A DNA stretch of 64,000 nucleotides from Octopus vulgaris (lineage: Eukaryota): contig OX597825.1 in the NCBI GenBank assembly GCA_951406725.2, positions 82,770,001 through 82,834,000 of the forward strand, given 5' to 3'. Every line of letters begins with the position of its first letter. Within the stretch, counting starts at the first letter, position 1. Under the pieces are notes generated by a model. It saw only the letters and a list, made by a program, of their open reading frames with translations. It was not told where the DNA came from and made no database searches. Of this stretch, positions 27,030 to 40,495 are shown in pieces. The translations under genes were made by a program, and so were the position numbers.

Positions 27030-27350
27030 AGAATGTTTCAGCCCGAAAGCTGCGGCCATGCTGGGGCCCCACCGTTAAATGAGCTACACTAGTATGTGAA
27101 ACCATCTCTGATACGTGGCACTTGATCAACAAGGGAGTTCGACGTCGTTGCCCGCATCTGTGTTTCCTGCCGAGAGGTAGGTTCATCTGGAACCCCTGAC
27201 AAGAATAGATCTAGTTTAGTTTTAAAGAAACCCACATCCACACCATGCGGGTCTCTCAGGCATTTAGGAAGGATATTGAAGAGCTGTGGTCCCCTGAAAC
27301 CCAAGCTGTTGTAGTATCTGGTCCTGTATTTTGATAGTGATGTTGGGATC
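27030..27350 (-). pseudogene. CR1/L2-group LINE 3' end (ORF2 C-terminus plus tail)
   Basis: FRGPQLFNILPKCLRD...FFKTKLDLFLSGVPDEP...SNSL is the typical CR1-like ORF2 end. It is followed by ccccagcatggccgcagc-tttcgg-gctgaaac. Confidence 0.8.
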
Positions 27351-27466
27351 TTAATAGAAGAAAAATTAATCTTTTATACAACACGAGGTGTGCATATCAT
27401 CAGGAGCCATATTTTAATCTATTGATTAGACTCTAGGTTGTATCTGGTCTTAGTCTGAACAGTAAT

Positions 27467-27727
27467 CGATTTTATATTGATTACATTTACACGACGATTA
27501 GATATCGATTACTATTTAGACTACGATCATATATCCTCTATATATTGGACTTCGATTAGTTATCAATTACACTTTACTCCCCGATTAGATATCGATTATA
27601 GCTTAATCTCCGTTCCAACATCGATTACATATTAAACTGTGATCAGATATCGCTAACAATTTAGTTATCGATTAGGCATCGATTACAAAGAAGATTGCGA
27701 TAAAATATCGATTGCAGGTTTAGATCT
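27467..27727. repeat. Degenerate 29-bp minisatellite, about 9 units
   Basis: Consensus cgattagatatcgattaca + about 10 variable nt, at about 29-bp spacing. Confidence 0.75.
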
Positions 27728-28105
27728 ATTAAAGTTCAATAGCCTCCGCCTACATGATATTTCAACTGCAAAGGTTTAGGCCATACTGAAAAAATCTTTG
27801 CAAGCTAAATTAAAATTAAATTGTGAATGGTTTAACTAATAAAAATAATTGTTATACTTGAGAGAAACCAATAAAATGCTGCATTTATACCAGGTAAAAT
27901 AGAGATTCTCTTCTACATGCTACGCCGTAGGTCCATCGACTGTTGTGTACTCACCTCTAGCATTAATGCTGAAACTACAAGAAACCCTGCAATTTGAAAA
28001 GAGCTGACACCATTCCACCTTGATGATTGCGCTTATACCGTGGCCGACTATTTATGTCGTGCACACGAAATATTCTGCCCAGTTACTTTTCCCAAAATGT
28101 CTCAG

Positions 28106-28137
<32 letters not shown>

Positions 28138-28161
28138 CACACGCACGCACATACATAAATA

Positions 28162-28302
28162 TAAGGTTGTCCCAAAAGTTCGTAGAAAGTCTTGGAAAAT
28201 AATGGTCTTTATTTTGAGGAATAATTTTTGTTGTTTTTGTTAGTACTTGGCGAGTAAAAATTCAATTTTCGCAAGTGTTTACGAACTTTTGGGACAACCT
28301 AA
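28162..28302. mobile_element. mariner-type MITE, 141 bp, TA TSD
   Basis: TIRs taaggttgtcccaaaagttcgta / tacgaacttttgggacaacctaa, with TA on both sides. Confidence 0.9.
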
Positions 28303-29384
28303 TATTATTCGGCGACATCTGTGTGTGTGCGCTTCCTCAGATTGACTGCGATCAAGCAGCGTCGGATCTCTTTGAGTTTGCTCAAATATACCATATCTAG
28401 TACTTTCCGGAAATCAATTCGTCAGATTCCGGGCCACACATAACACGAAAGTAAATGCCAAAGTAAGATGAAGATAATAGTACCAACATCAGCAAGAGCA
28501 GAATAAAGGCTACCTTAATGATAAGGATTATAAAAATAATAACAAAACGGAATCTATTTAAATGAGAGTGATAATAATATAAAAATATAATACAATTAAA
28601 GATAGCCTTTTCCATGAAGTCGACGGATTGTACCAATGGGTTAAAATAAAATAAATGAACAAATATATTTACAAGAGTTTATTTTGATTATTATGCTATC
28701 ATTTTTCGACCCAGAACATATATTTTGAATTTGTAAAATCATATTTATTGGAATTATTGCTAGATTATAACCGACATGGACAAATTTTTATAATCGTTTG
28801 GACAATCATTGAATCGTCAATGCTAACTCAATATTGCTAGTCGTCTGCTTATGTATTTATTAGTCGTCTGCTTATGTATTTACAATCAACTTCTATAAAT
28901 ATGAATTATTCCTCTTCTTTAACATATAACTACATATACATATTTTCATAAACGTTTTCACACAATTGCAGACAACAATATTGCTAACTCGTTATCATGT
29001 GTCATCCCCCTGGTTGATTATATAGTCATTATGATTCGTTTCCATTTACGACTTATGTAGATATTTAGAATGACTTTGCTAAGCACGCAAACAAGGTCAA
29101 CTCGTTGTTACGAATCATCCGATTACGGGACAACAAAAGACTTATGCAACTTATTACACTATTTTAAGAGGCGTAATAACTACAATTCTAACCTGTCATA
29201 AAAAGCCATCCGCAAACGTTAAGGAATATTTTGATACAAATATTTTCAGTGATATATAGAATTTCTAATATTCTTCTTAAACCTATAAAATAATTTTTAG
29301 AGTGGTTATTGAGTAATTTGTCCGTACACACAGACACGTGCGCATATATATAGTAATAATAACAATAATCCTTCGATGGGATTT

Positions 29385-29692
29385 ATAAATATTTTAATTC
29401 ATCGCTACGCGCGTTTCCACGAGTCGCATGTCTCTTAAGATCACAGTCCGTATTCCTGGGATGCTTACAGTGTAGTCCATAGAATCCTTGAGTACTGTTC
29501 AAAAGAGATAAACATCCCGCTGTTAAACATCCATCAATGTTATATCACCTGAAGAAAGGAATCGATAAAGATGATCAACCCGATGCCCGCGGATATTACG
29601 GACTACACTGTAATCATGCCAGGAAAGCTGACTATGATCATAAGAGTCATGTGACTTGTGGAAACGCGCGTAACGATGCATTAAATGTTTAT
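29385..29692. repeat. Imperfect inverted repeat, about 100-bp arms, each with GAAAC-GCGC-GTA
   Basis: 29385-29487 reverse-complements 29591-29692 (ggactacactgtaa.cat.ccagg...tggaaacgcgcgta.cgatg). Confidence 0.8.
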
Positions 29693-29704
29693 GAATTGCA
29701 TCAA

Positions 29705-29913
29705 AGAAGGAGACTGCCCAGAAGAGTTGCAGGAAATTCCGAAGTCGTCTGGAGGCCGTGGTTGAAGCCATTGGTGATTATATTGAATAAAATTTCTGTT
29801 TAGTATTTCAAGATATTTTTATGTAATTTTGGTAAATATATCTGTTAAAATGAGATATCAGAGTGATTTTCATTTTTGCGTAATTTAGCCGACAGGTTAT
29901 TTACCGTACCCTG
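29705..29913 (+). pseudogene. Tc1-like transposon 3' end
   Basis: KETAQKSCRKFRSRLEAVVEAIGDYIE* (29707-29790), then a TIR-like end ...ccgtaccctg. Confidence 0.8.
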
Positions 29914-29954
29914 TGCATATATATAATATTACATAATTAATAAATAATTATATG

Positions 29955-30116
29955 AGAGGGTACGCGAAGAACCAGCTTGCTGGAAGTAAGAATAAAAATA
30001 CTCCTAAGTTCTCTTCGCCTGATTTCTTTTGGTCTATTATAATTTTTTGTGACTTTGTGGGATTTTTGAGTATTTCAACAGTTATTTCTAGCAAGCTGGT
30101 GTCTCGTGTACCCTCT
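29955..30116. mobile_element. MITE-like or fold-back element
   Basis: agagggtacgcgaagaaccagcttgctggaagtaa / ttatttctagcaagctggtgtctcgtgtaccctct are imperfect inverted termini. Confidence 0.65.
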
Positions 30117-30519
30117 GTTAGAATTATTTATATGTAATGACTACGTTGCTTTCAAATTAGGATACAAGGCTAGAAATTTCGGGGCAGATGATAAGTGCAT
30201 TTCATTGACCCCAGAATTCAACTGGTACTTATTTTATCGACGTGGAAAGGATGAAAATGCGAAGTCGACTTTGAATTCAGAACGTAAGAATGCGGACAAA
30301 ATGCGGATTTCCATTTTCCCGGCATGCTAACGACTATGCTAGTTCGCCGCCGTTATCAATATATCTTCTATCGTGAAAACGAATGTCGCTCAGCCTCAAA
30401 ACGGCGGAATGCAAGATACGAAATTTGAGAAGGGAAAATATTTACTCATATTGTATTGATCGACAGAAAGAGGAAGCTGCAGAAACAATAAAACACACAC
30501 ACACGACAGTCATAAACAT

Positions 30520-32665
<2,146 letters not shown>

Positions 32666-32682
32666 GCAGATGTGGCTATCGA

Positions 32683-32843
32683 TGCAGGAGTGGCTGTGTG
32701 GGAAGTAGGTTGCTTACCAACTACATGGTTATGGGTTCGGTCCCCCTGTGTGGCACTGTGGGCAAGTGTCTTCTACTATAGCGTAGACCCGACCAAAGCC
32801 TTGTGAATTGGACTTGGTAGATGGAAACAGAAAGAAGCCCATA

Positions 32844-32890
<47 letters not shown>

Positions 32891-33010
32891 CGTATGTATA
32901 TATGTATGTATATATGTGTATGTGATTGTATGTCTGTGTTTGTACCGCAAAATCGCTTGACAACCGATACTGGTGTGTTTACGTACCCGTAACTTAGCAG
33001 TTCAGCAAAA
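32683..33010 (+). mobile_element. SINE family A, 3'-truncated
   Basis: gcaggagTGGCTGTGTGG...GGTTCGGTCCC...gggcaagtgtcttctactatagc...(TA)n...cgcttgacaaccgat. Confidence 0.85.
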
Positions 33011-33900
33011 GGGAAAATTTGGAGGGGGAGTGATCGATTATAGGGAAATCCACTGTTTGATTGATTTTATATTTTATTGATTCTAAAAAAATGAAAGGCG
33101 AAGTCGACATTCGCTGAAGTTGAAACCGGAAAGCAAAAAGCCGAAGGAAATACCTCATAGCATTTTGTCCGGCGCGGTAACAATACTGCCGTCTCATTGC
33201 TTTTTTAAAACGTTTCTAATCGTGGCACATCTTAAAGGTGAAACTAAATCGATTACATTGACCCCAGTTTTTAGCTGGTAATTCATTTTAATGATGAAAG
33301 ACAATGTCTGTCGTGGTTCATTTGAAACGGCGTAACGAGCATGAAGGAATGCCTCGACGTATTTTGTCCGACGCACAATTGATTCTACATCGTCTTCGCC
33401 TTTGACATTTTATTAATAGCATCACATAAATAATGAGTTCAGTCTTGAAATTTGTCATCTGGGTTGTAGGCATTAATTTTATGATCTTCTTCGTTAAATA
33501 CACAAATAGATAACTTTGCTATTTTTGTATACAGATACTCTCTCTCTCTTCCAGTTCCTCTTTCTCTCTCTTCCACCTTTCTCTCTTTCTTTTCTCCCAC
33601 TCCCAGTTTTGTACGCATGCGCTTCATATCTACAGGAAACATCCTGATACAGTGTAATTCAATCATTTCATATGACGTCATCTTCATAAAATACCTACTT
33701 CTTTACTACCCACAAGGGGCCAAACACAGGGGGCGGGGACAAATAAGGACAGACAAACGGATTAAGTCGATTATATCGACCCCAGTGCGTAACTGGTACT
33801 TATTTAATCGACCCCGAAAGGATGGCAGGCAAAATCGACCTCGGCGGAATTTGAACTCAGACCGTAACGGCAGACGTAACGTTTCTGCCAGCTCGCCACC
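33010..33900 (-). mobile_element. Three SINE family B copies (two old; one young at about 33694-33905 with TSD tcttcataaaata)
   Basis: TSD at 33681-33693 and 33908-33920. Confidence 0.8.
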
Positions 33901-34470
33901 ATTATATCTTCATAAAATATGTTAACGACACACTTGTGTTTGAATGTATGAATTTACAAAGGTAAAGTGTTTATTTAAACACCCGCCATGTATGTAACAC
34001 CTTTAATCAAAAGGTGAATGCAGGTTTCTCTGCAATAATTCTTCTGCATGAATCTTTATATGTTTAATGGTTTTGTAATGCGAAAGAAAGAAAAAGAGAG
34101 AAAAAAATAAATGATAGCTTTCCCTTTTTTTAATGTAGGATAAAAGACATGTATCGAAATTCGCATCATGACAGATCCCACATGGAATTGTCTTTTTATA
34201 CATCGTGTGGATGTGTGGGTTCGGCAAATTTGTGTGTGCATCTGTATGTGTATGTGTGTGTGCGCGCGCGTTAGTACACGGATTTGTCTATGAAACTACC
34301 GGTGTAAGCATAAAGTTGCATATATATATATTTATATATATGTGTGTGCGTGTGTGTACAACAAACGTAATTGACAAATATATGTGTATATATATATATA
34401 TATCGTTTTGGGATTTAGTTTGCTAGATTCTTTATGTGAGTTCGTGTGTTGAAGTATATTCTGTTACGTC

Positions 34471-34717
34471 TGGGGAGAATCATTCTCTTTTGGTGCATTA
34501 TAATTTAACACACTCACCGGTAAAATTTCCACTTATTTCTTTCCTATTTTTCTAAAATTGTTTCTTTTCTCTTTTTCTCATTAAAAAAAAAATTTTATTA
34601 ATTCTATCCCTTTTTTAAATTTTTCTACAAAATTGAAAAAATAACAAAGAAATAAGTGAACATTTTACCGGTGAGTGTGTTATGTTATAAGGCACCAAAA
34701 GAGAATGACTCTCCCCA
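34471..34717. repeat. Imperfect inverted repeat, about 70-bp arms, beside (TA)n
   Basis: tggggagaatcattctcttttggtgc...acacactcaccggtaaaat / attttaccggtgagtgtgt...gcaccaaaagagaatgactctcccca. Confidence 0.85.
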
Positions 34718-34756
34718 CTATACATACATATATATACATATACATTCATACATATG

Positions 34757-34831
<75 letters not shown>

Positions 34832-35209
34832 ATAAATATAATACGTGACAATTGGTTATCATAAGGAAACAGTGAGTTCAGTATACCGCAGTTGAAGTCC
34901 AACTAATTCTCATATATTATAGTTATCGATAAATTCCTGTATTTTTCATAATATCCACGTCTCATTCATTCTTTTGATGTTATATTATTATTATTAATAT
35001 ATATGTATTTATGTATACAAGACACTTGACTGCATGTGTGTGTGTGTGCGTGTGTGTGTGTGTGTGTGTGTGAATACAGGGAACCTGACTGTCATACATA
35101 TAAATATGGATAAGATTGATATTTAAAATACCGATCTTATCAGGTGGCCAGCATGGGAATAAAAACCTTTCAAAGTTAATAATTATTTAAAATCATAATT
35201 TAGGATATC

Positions 35210-35347
35210 TAAGAGATATCACCAAACTTGAAATACCAGTCAAACCTGACTCTAAAACCACATTAAATGTTCATATAGCATATGAACATTTAATGTGGTT
35301 TTAAAGTCAGGTTTTGACTGCTATTTCAAACGTGATGGTATCTCTTA
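35210..35347. repeat. Near-perfect hairpin, about 67-bp arms, 3-nt loop
   Basis: taagagatatc...aaaccacattaaatgttcatat-agc-atatgaacatttaatgtggttt...tatctctta. A single-arm homologue lies at about 58855-58921. Confidence 0.9.
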
Positions 35348-35378
35348 CCTACCCTAAATTATATATATATACATATAC

Positions 35379-35440
<62 letters not shown>

Positions 35441-35575
35441 CAGAAAATTCAACAAAATCTGTTACTCTGAGTTTCTCGTTGCCGTTCATCAGACAGTTTT
35501 TGTTAGATTCTAACAAAAACTGTCTGATGAACGGCAACGAGAAACTCAGAGTAACAGATTTTGTTGAATTTTCTG
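35441..35575. repeat. Perfect 135-bp palindrome (67-bp arms, 1-nt centre at 35508)
   Basis: Arms are exact reverse complements. Confidence 0.97.
35512..35565 (+). ncRNA. Minimal type I hammerhead ribozyme motif (Penelope-type); mirrored on the minus strand at 35451-35504
   Basis: Helix I AACAAAAaCUGU/ACAGaUUUUGUU; CUGAUGA 35524-35530; short stem II CG-GCAA-CG; GAAA 35541-35544; palindromic helix III ACUC-A-GAGU; GUA cleavage triplet ending 35553. Confidence 0.7.
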
Positions 35576-35636
35576 ATGCTTTAAATAAAGCATAATACTC
35601 TACCACTGGTATTTGAGTACTCTTTTTTTCCACCTT

Positions 35637-35730
<94 letters not shown>

Positions 35731-36104
35731 CGTTTGTAGAAATCATATAACCGAAAGCAGAAGCACAATGTAAGATGTAGAGAAATATATAGCAAACATG
35801 TGGAAGGCCGGATTATGGGATTACCTCAGGTTTCCTGTCCATAAAGGGTTTAGCTTTAATGTATAGCGGGGGAAATGCCTCAACACTCATAGTACTCGGT
35901 GATAGGTATTCGTTATTGATAAGGAAAATCCTAAATAACGGGCTTTATAATATTTCTTTACAATTGCATCTAAGACTTACTGTTGTTTCTGCTATGGATT
36001 ATAGGTGCGTTCATGGTCCCAATTACTCAAATAGTCCAGTGATCAACTGATCTTGATGCACGACGTACGACCTTACTAAATGCTATCATCGCCAGTGTTC
36101 GCAC

Positions 36105-36387
36105 AGAGAAGGCTAAACTAAAGGAAAAGAAAGAGTAACAGATATAGGAAGAACAAGTGAAGTGAAAGGGAAGGAGGGATGGAAAGACGAAAGGAAATGG
36201 AAAAGAAAGAAAAAAGGAAAACAGAAAAAGAGGGAGAAGTGAAAAGAAAGAATAGAAGAGAAAAGAAAGAAAGAAAAAGAATGGGAAAATGTGGAAGAAG
36301 CAGGGGAAGGAGGAGTAGGAGAAGTAGAAGAAGCAGGGGAAGGAGGGGTAGGAGAAGTAGAAGAAGCAGGAGAAGAAGAAGAAGAAG

Positions 36388-36419
<32 letters not shown>

Positions 36420-36630
36420 GGAGAAGATGATGATGTTGATGATGATGAAGAAGAAGAAGCAGGAGAAGAAGAAGAAGAAGAAGAAGGAGAAGAAGTAGAA
36501 GATGATGATGTTGATGATGATGATGATGATGAAGAAGAAGAAGAAGAAGAAGAAGAAGAAGAAGAAGAAGAAGAAGAAGAAGAAGAAGAAGAAGAAGAAG
36601 AAGAAGAAGAAGAAGAAGAAGCAGAAGAAG

Positions 36631-36661
<31 letters not shown>

Positions 36662-36925
36662 TGAAGAAGCAGGAAAAGAAGCGGAAGTAGACGAAGAAGA
36701 GATAGAAGTGGAAGAAGAAGATGATGATGATGATGATGGTGATGAAGAAGAAGAGGGATAAAGTAGACGAAGAGATAGAAGTGGAAGAATGGGAGGAGGA
36801 GGGGAAGGAGAAGAAGAAGAAGAAGAAGAAGAGATAGAAGAAGAAGAAGAAGTTGAAGAAGAAACAATGGAAGAGAAAGAAGAGGAAGGAGTGGAAGAAA
36901 AGGAGAAGAGAGAGAGAGAAGAAAC
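36105..36925. repeat. Polypurine (GAA)n/(GAT)n compound tract
   Basis: Direct reading; poly-E/K/R/L ORFs in all frames. Confidence 0.97.
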
Positions 36926-37995
36926 TTGGAAATGCAGGAAAGTGATAGGAAAGAATTTGGTGACCGTTGTATCAATAAAAGAATTCGGTCAGTTCTGTAA
37001 AACCATTGTGGACATCTACCGAGGTCAATCAGTTTGGACATAGGGTATTGAAATCTGATATCCGCCACTTTCTCCAGTGGTCAGTTTATATTTTGTGATA
37101 TGTAGGTCATTGCTAGGCTGGTCAATTCTACATTTGTTTGGGATGTGCTGATCTGGGACAGATTGATTCCTCTATTTATTCGAAGTGAAATTTAAGGGAA
37201 ATTATATGGGATGTTTAAGCTAGAGTAAAAATAATAAGTAAAACTAAAATGGCAACGCATAAATGGATTATAAATTAAGAAGATTAAACCGCAATACAAT
37301 GAGGGAAAATACACGTATAAGTGAATGATAACAATAATAATTTGATGAGAACATAAATATAGCAAACGAAAAGAAAGTAATGATTGGAAAAGATGAATAA
37401 CATGAAGGAACAAATAGACAAATAGGAGATTCTTTCTTATCCTCTTCCCTCATTTCCGGGGTTTTTCTCTCGCTTTGTCACTCTTCCCCTTTATGTTTCT
37501 CTTCTCTTCTATTTTCCCTTGTTTTTTATTGTTTTCTTCGTTTTTTTCTTGTTTTTTCCACTTTTTCCTTTTTCTTCTCTTTCATTCTTCTTCGCTGTCT
37601 TCCTCCGTTTGTATTTCTTCATTTTCCTCTAATTCAACATTCTGTGCGCGGGCTCCGACGATGATAGAATCTATTAGGGTCGTTCGATGTTTTTCAGTCG
37701 GTCAATAGGCCGATTGACAAAACGGAACCGCGGACGCGAGTATAATGCATATCAGAAACATCTGTAAGTCATACATGCAAAAATAAAGAAACATGTAAAG
37801 CCCATTGTCTCTCTGAGAAAAAGACCAGTTTAACTGGGGAATGCAACCTTTGATTTACAAACCCGATTCGTGATGAACTTGAAACTTGTAACTTATAGAT
37901 CATGGAGTGGCCGTAATTCTACATTAACGGGAGCGGACGCGGCAAGCTTTGTATACCTGCGCGAATAAGAATCCTCAAAGACTCTCTGAAACCTC

Positions 37996-38260
37996 CATTA
38001 TGCTAGAAGTTGACCCCGTATGGTCTTACCACTAAGAAAGGGATGTTCGCAAGGAAATTTAGCAACACTAGAACGTAAGGGAGCAAGACAAATGTTACCA
38101 CTTACGTAATTGGTAACAACGAAACTAGTTTGTGATTAATCTGTATATTTTGTATCTTTTCATTTGTCTTGCTCGCTTACGTTCTGGCGTCTTCAAAATT
38201 TTCTTGAGAACATTCATTTCTTTATGGTAAGACCATAGGGGGTCGGCTTCTAGCATAATG
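37996..38260. repeat. Imperfect inverted repeat, about 99-bp arms, spacer with GAAAC-TA-GTT
   Basis: 37996-38094 reverse-complements 38161-38260. Confidence 0.85.
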
Positions 38261-38587
38261 AATGTCCACTTAGTGGTTACCCCCTCTTATATGTATGTAA
38301 TATAATTTTTCTGAATCTTCAAATTTTTCTATATGATAGACCGCTGGTTTTACATTGATATTAATCAAATTAATATTAATATCGCTTCCCCCCTCTCTCT
38401 ATGTTGAATAACTTTAACTTAAAATCTATTTCTTTTGATTGGTAATAGTTACTGATATTGTTAAATTAGTGAAGAAGAGTTCTGCTAAACTCTATTATTA
38501 ATTGATGTCTCTTGAAAGAAATGTTGGACATAGTATTGAGAAAGATTTTATTGTCAGCTGAAACGCAAAGGGTGTGCGTATGTGTGC

Positions 38588-38740
38588 TTAGCTGTGTGGT
38601 TAGAAGTTTGATTCCCAGCCACATAGTTCAGGGTTCAATTCCACTGCATGGCACCACAGGCAAGTGTGTTCTACTCTTGCGTCGGGTTCGGCAATGTTTT
38701 GCGAGTGGATATGGTATAGGGAAACTGAAAGAAACATGTC
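38588..38740 (+). mobile_element. SINE family A, degenerate 5' part
   Basis: tagctgtgtggttagaag...gggttcaattccactgcatggcacc..ggcaagtgt. Confidence 0.7.
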
Positions 38741-38760
38741 ATATATATACATACATACAT

Positions 38761-38809
<49 letters not shown>

Positions 38810-38827
38810 CATATGTATGTGGAAGAA

Positions 38828-38867
<40 letters not shown>

Positions 38868-39027
38868 GTGAATAGATTCTATCCTACGTAGTAACTTTAC
38901 TTCCTTAAATTGCCGGCATGACAACAGCATTTCGTCTTTTCACGACAATACACTACTGTATATACCTACATACATAAGCATATCTACCTACCTACTTCTC
39001 TTTCTCACTCTCTCTCTCTCTATCTAT

Positions 39028-39063
<36 letters not shown>

Positions 39064-39427
39064 AGTATATATATGTATATATATATAGTAGGTTTATTCA
39101 GTCAATACTGTATGCTACCGTTTTTGATCGCTGATATAATTTTATTTTTTAAGTTTATCTCTATAAGTTCTCTATAGCATTAAAAGCCAGCGCTGTAAAT
39201 TACAACATTTTGTAAAGAAATGCGTTAACAAAAACGTCTGTGTAACGACTGCATTTGCAGAAAGAAAAATAGAAAATATACTGAGACGCATTTGTATACG
39301 AAACCTCGTAACGGATAGCGCTGACTCTGAAGTCCATAGAAAATGTATAGAGATAACGATGAAACTTTTCTCTCTTTATATGATTCTTCATCTCACTGCT
39401 TTTGTATATTCTCTATCTTAAGGTATG

Positions 39428-39786
39428 TGGAGGCGCAATGGCCCAGTGGTTAGGGCAGTGGTCTCGCGGTATTAGGATCGCGGTTTCGATTTCCAAACCG
39501 TCGTTGGGAGTATTTGTTGAGCGAAAACACATAAAGCTCCGCGAGGCTCCGGTGGCGAACCCTGCTGTACTCTTTCATCACAACTTTCACTCACTCTTTC
39601 TTCATGTTTCTTTTGTACCCGTATTTCAAAGGGCCAGCCTTGTGTCACGCTGAATCTCCCCGAGAACTACGTTAAGGGTACACGTGTCTGTGGAATGCTC
39701 AGCCACTCGCACGTTAATTTCACGAGCAGGCTGTTCTGTTGATCGGATTAACTGGAACACTCGTCGTCGTAACCGACGGAGTACCA
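39428..39786 (+). mobile_element. SINE family C, long-tail variant
   Basis: ggaggcgcaaTGGCCCAGTGGttagggcag head; tail ...gtcgtaaccgacggagt. A second copy is on the minus strand at 49770-50098. Confidence 0.87.
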
Positions 39787-40039
39787 TCTAATCCTATCTA
39801 GTCTTAACGTATATCACGATGGTTGTTACTTGCTATGCAAAGTACATCCAACTTATTGCTGTAGAGTTGTCGAAATAGCATTTAATTCTACGAGTTTAAA
39901 ATGATAGATTGGTTTTCATTAAAATAATCTCTGGAAAACTGATAAACAATTGCGAAATTCCGTTCCACTTTGCTATTGTGTCTGTTTTTTTTTTCTTTTT
40001 GGGGAAAATAACATGCAATTTTTATACTCAAAGAAATTT

Positions 40040-40460
40040 ATTCAAACAATGGTATATGTAACTGCCGTGTTATTCTAGTATTTTCTGCCATATTGTGACG
40101 AGCAGATCCATGTTTTCTTGCTTGAAGAATTTCCAATCTTTTCTGATGAAAATCATGCTATGAGAAATTTTATATCCTCTTCAGATTTGAAGGTCTGTCT
40201 GTTCAAAGAAGATTGCAGAGACTAAAACAGGAGGAAATTTGGAGGGACAAGGTCGGGGGAATATGAGGTGTACTGTAGAACGTCTCAGTCAAGTCCCAGT
40301 AATTTCTGCCGCGCATGCATAGAAGTGTTCGACATGGCATTGTCGTGATGAAAGACAATATTCTTACGATTAGCAAATGCTGGATCCTTCCGTTGGGTCC
40401 CAGTATTAAATTTGTCCAGCTGTCTCCAGGATACATCTCAACTGATGATCCTATCTGTGG
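40040..40460 (-). pseudogene. mariner transposase catalytic-domain fragment
   Basis: Translates PAFANRKNIVFHHDNAMSNTS...KLLGLD*DVLQYTSYSPDLVPPNF, matching the mariner HDNA and YSPDLAP motifs; contains stops. Confidence 0.88.
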
Positions 40461-40461
40461 G

Positions 40462-40495
<34 letters not shown>

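Noticed and set aside
27467-27727. CRISPR-like repeat/spacer appearance
   Set aside because: The variable parts are only about 12 nt and resemble each other, the repeats are degenerate, the context is eukaryotic and there are no cas genes.
28838-28882. 23-bp tandem duplication
   Set aside because: Ordinary slippage duplication with no further structure.
36118-37068. 316-aa poly-Leu ORF and the poly-Glu/Lys/Arg ORFs opposite it
   Set aside because: (GAA)n tract with no frame preference and no recognisable domain.
37684-37722. Short stem cagtcggtc-aata-ggccgattg as a miRNA precursor
   Set aside because: The stem is far too short for a pre-miRNA.
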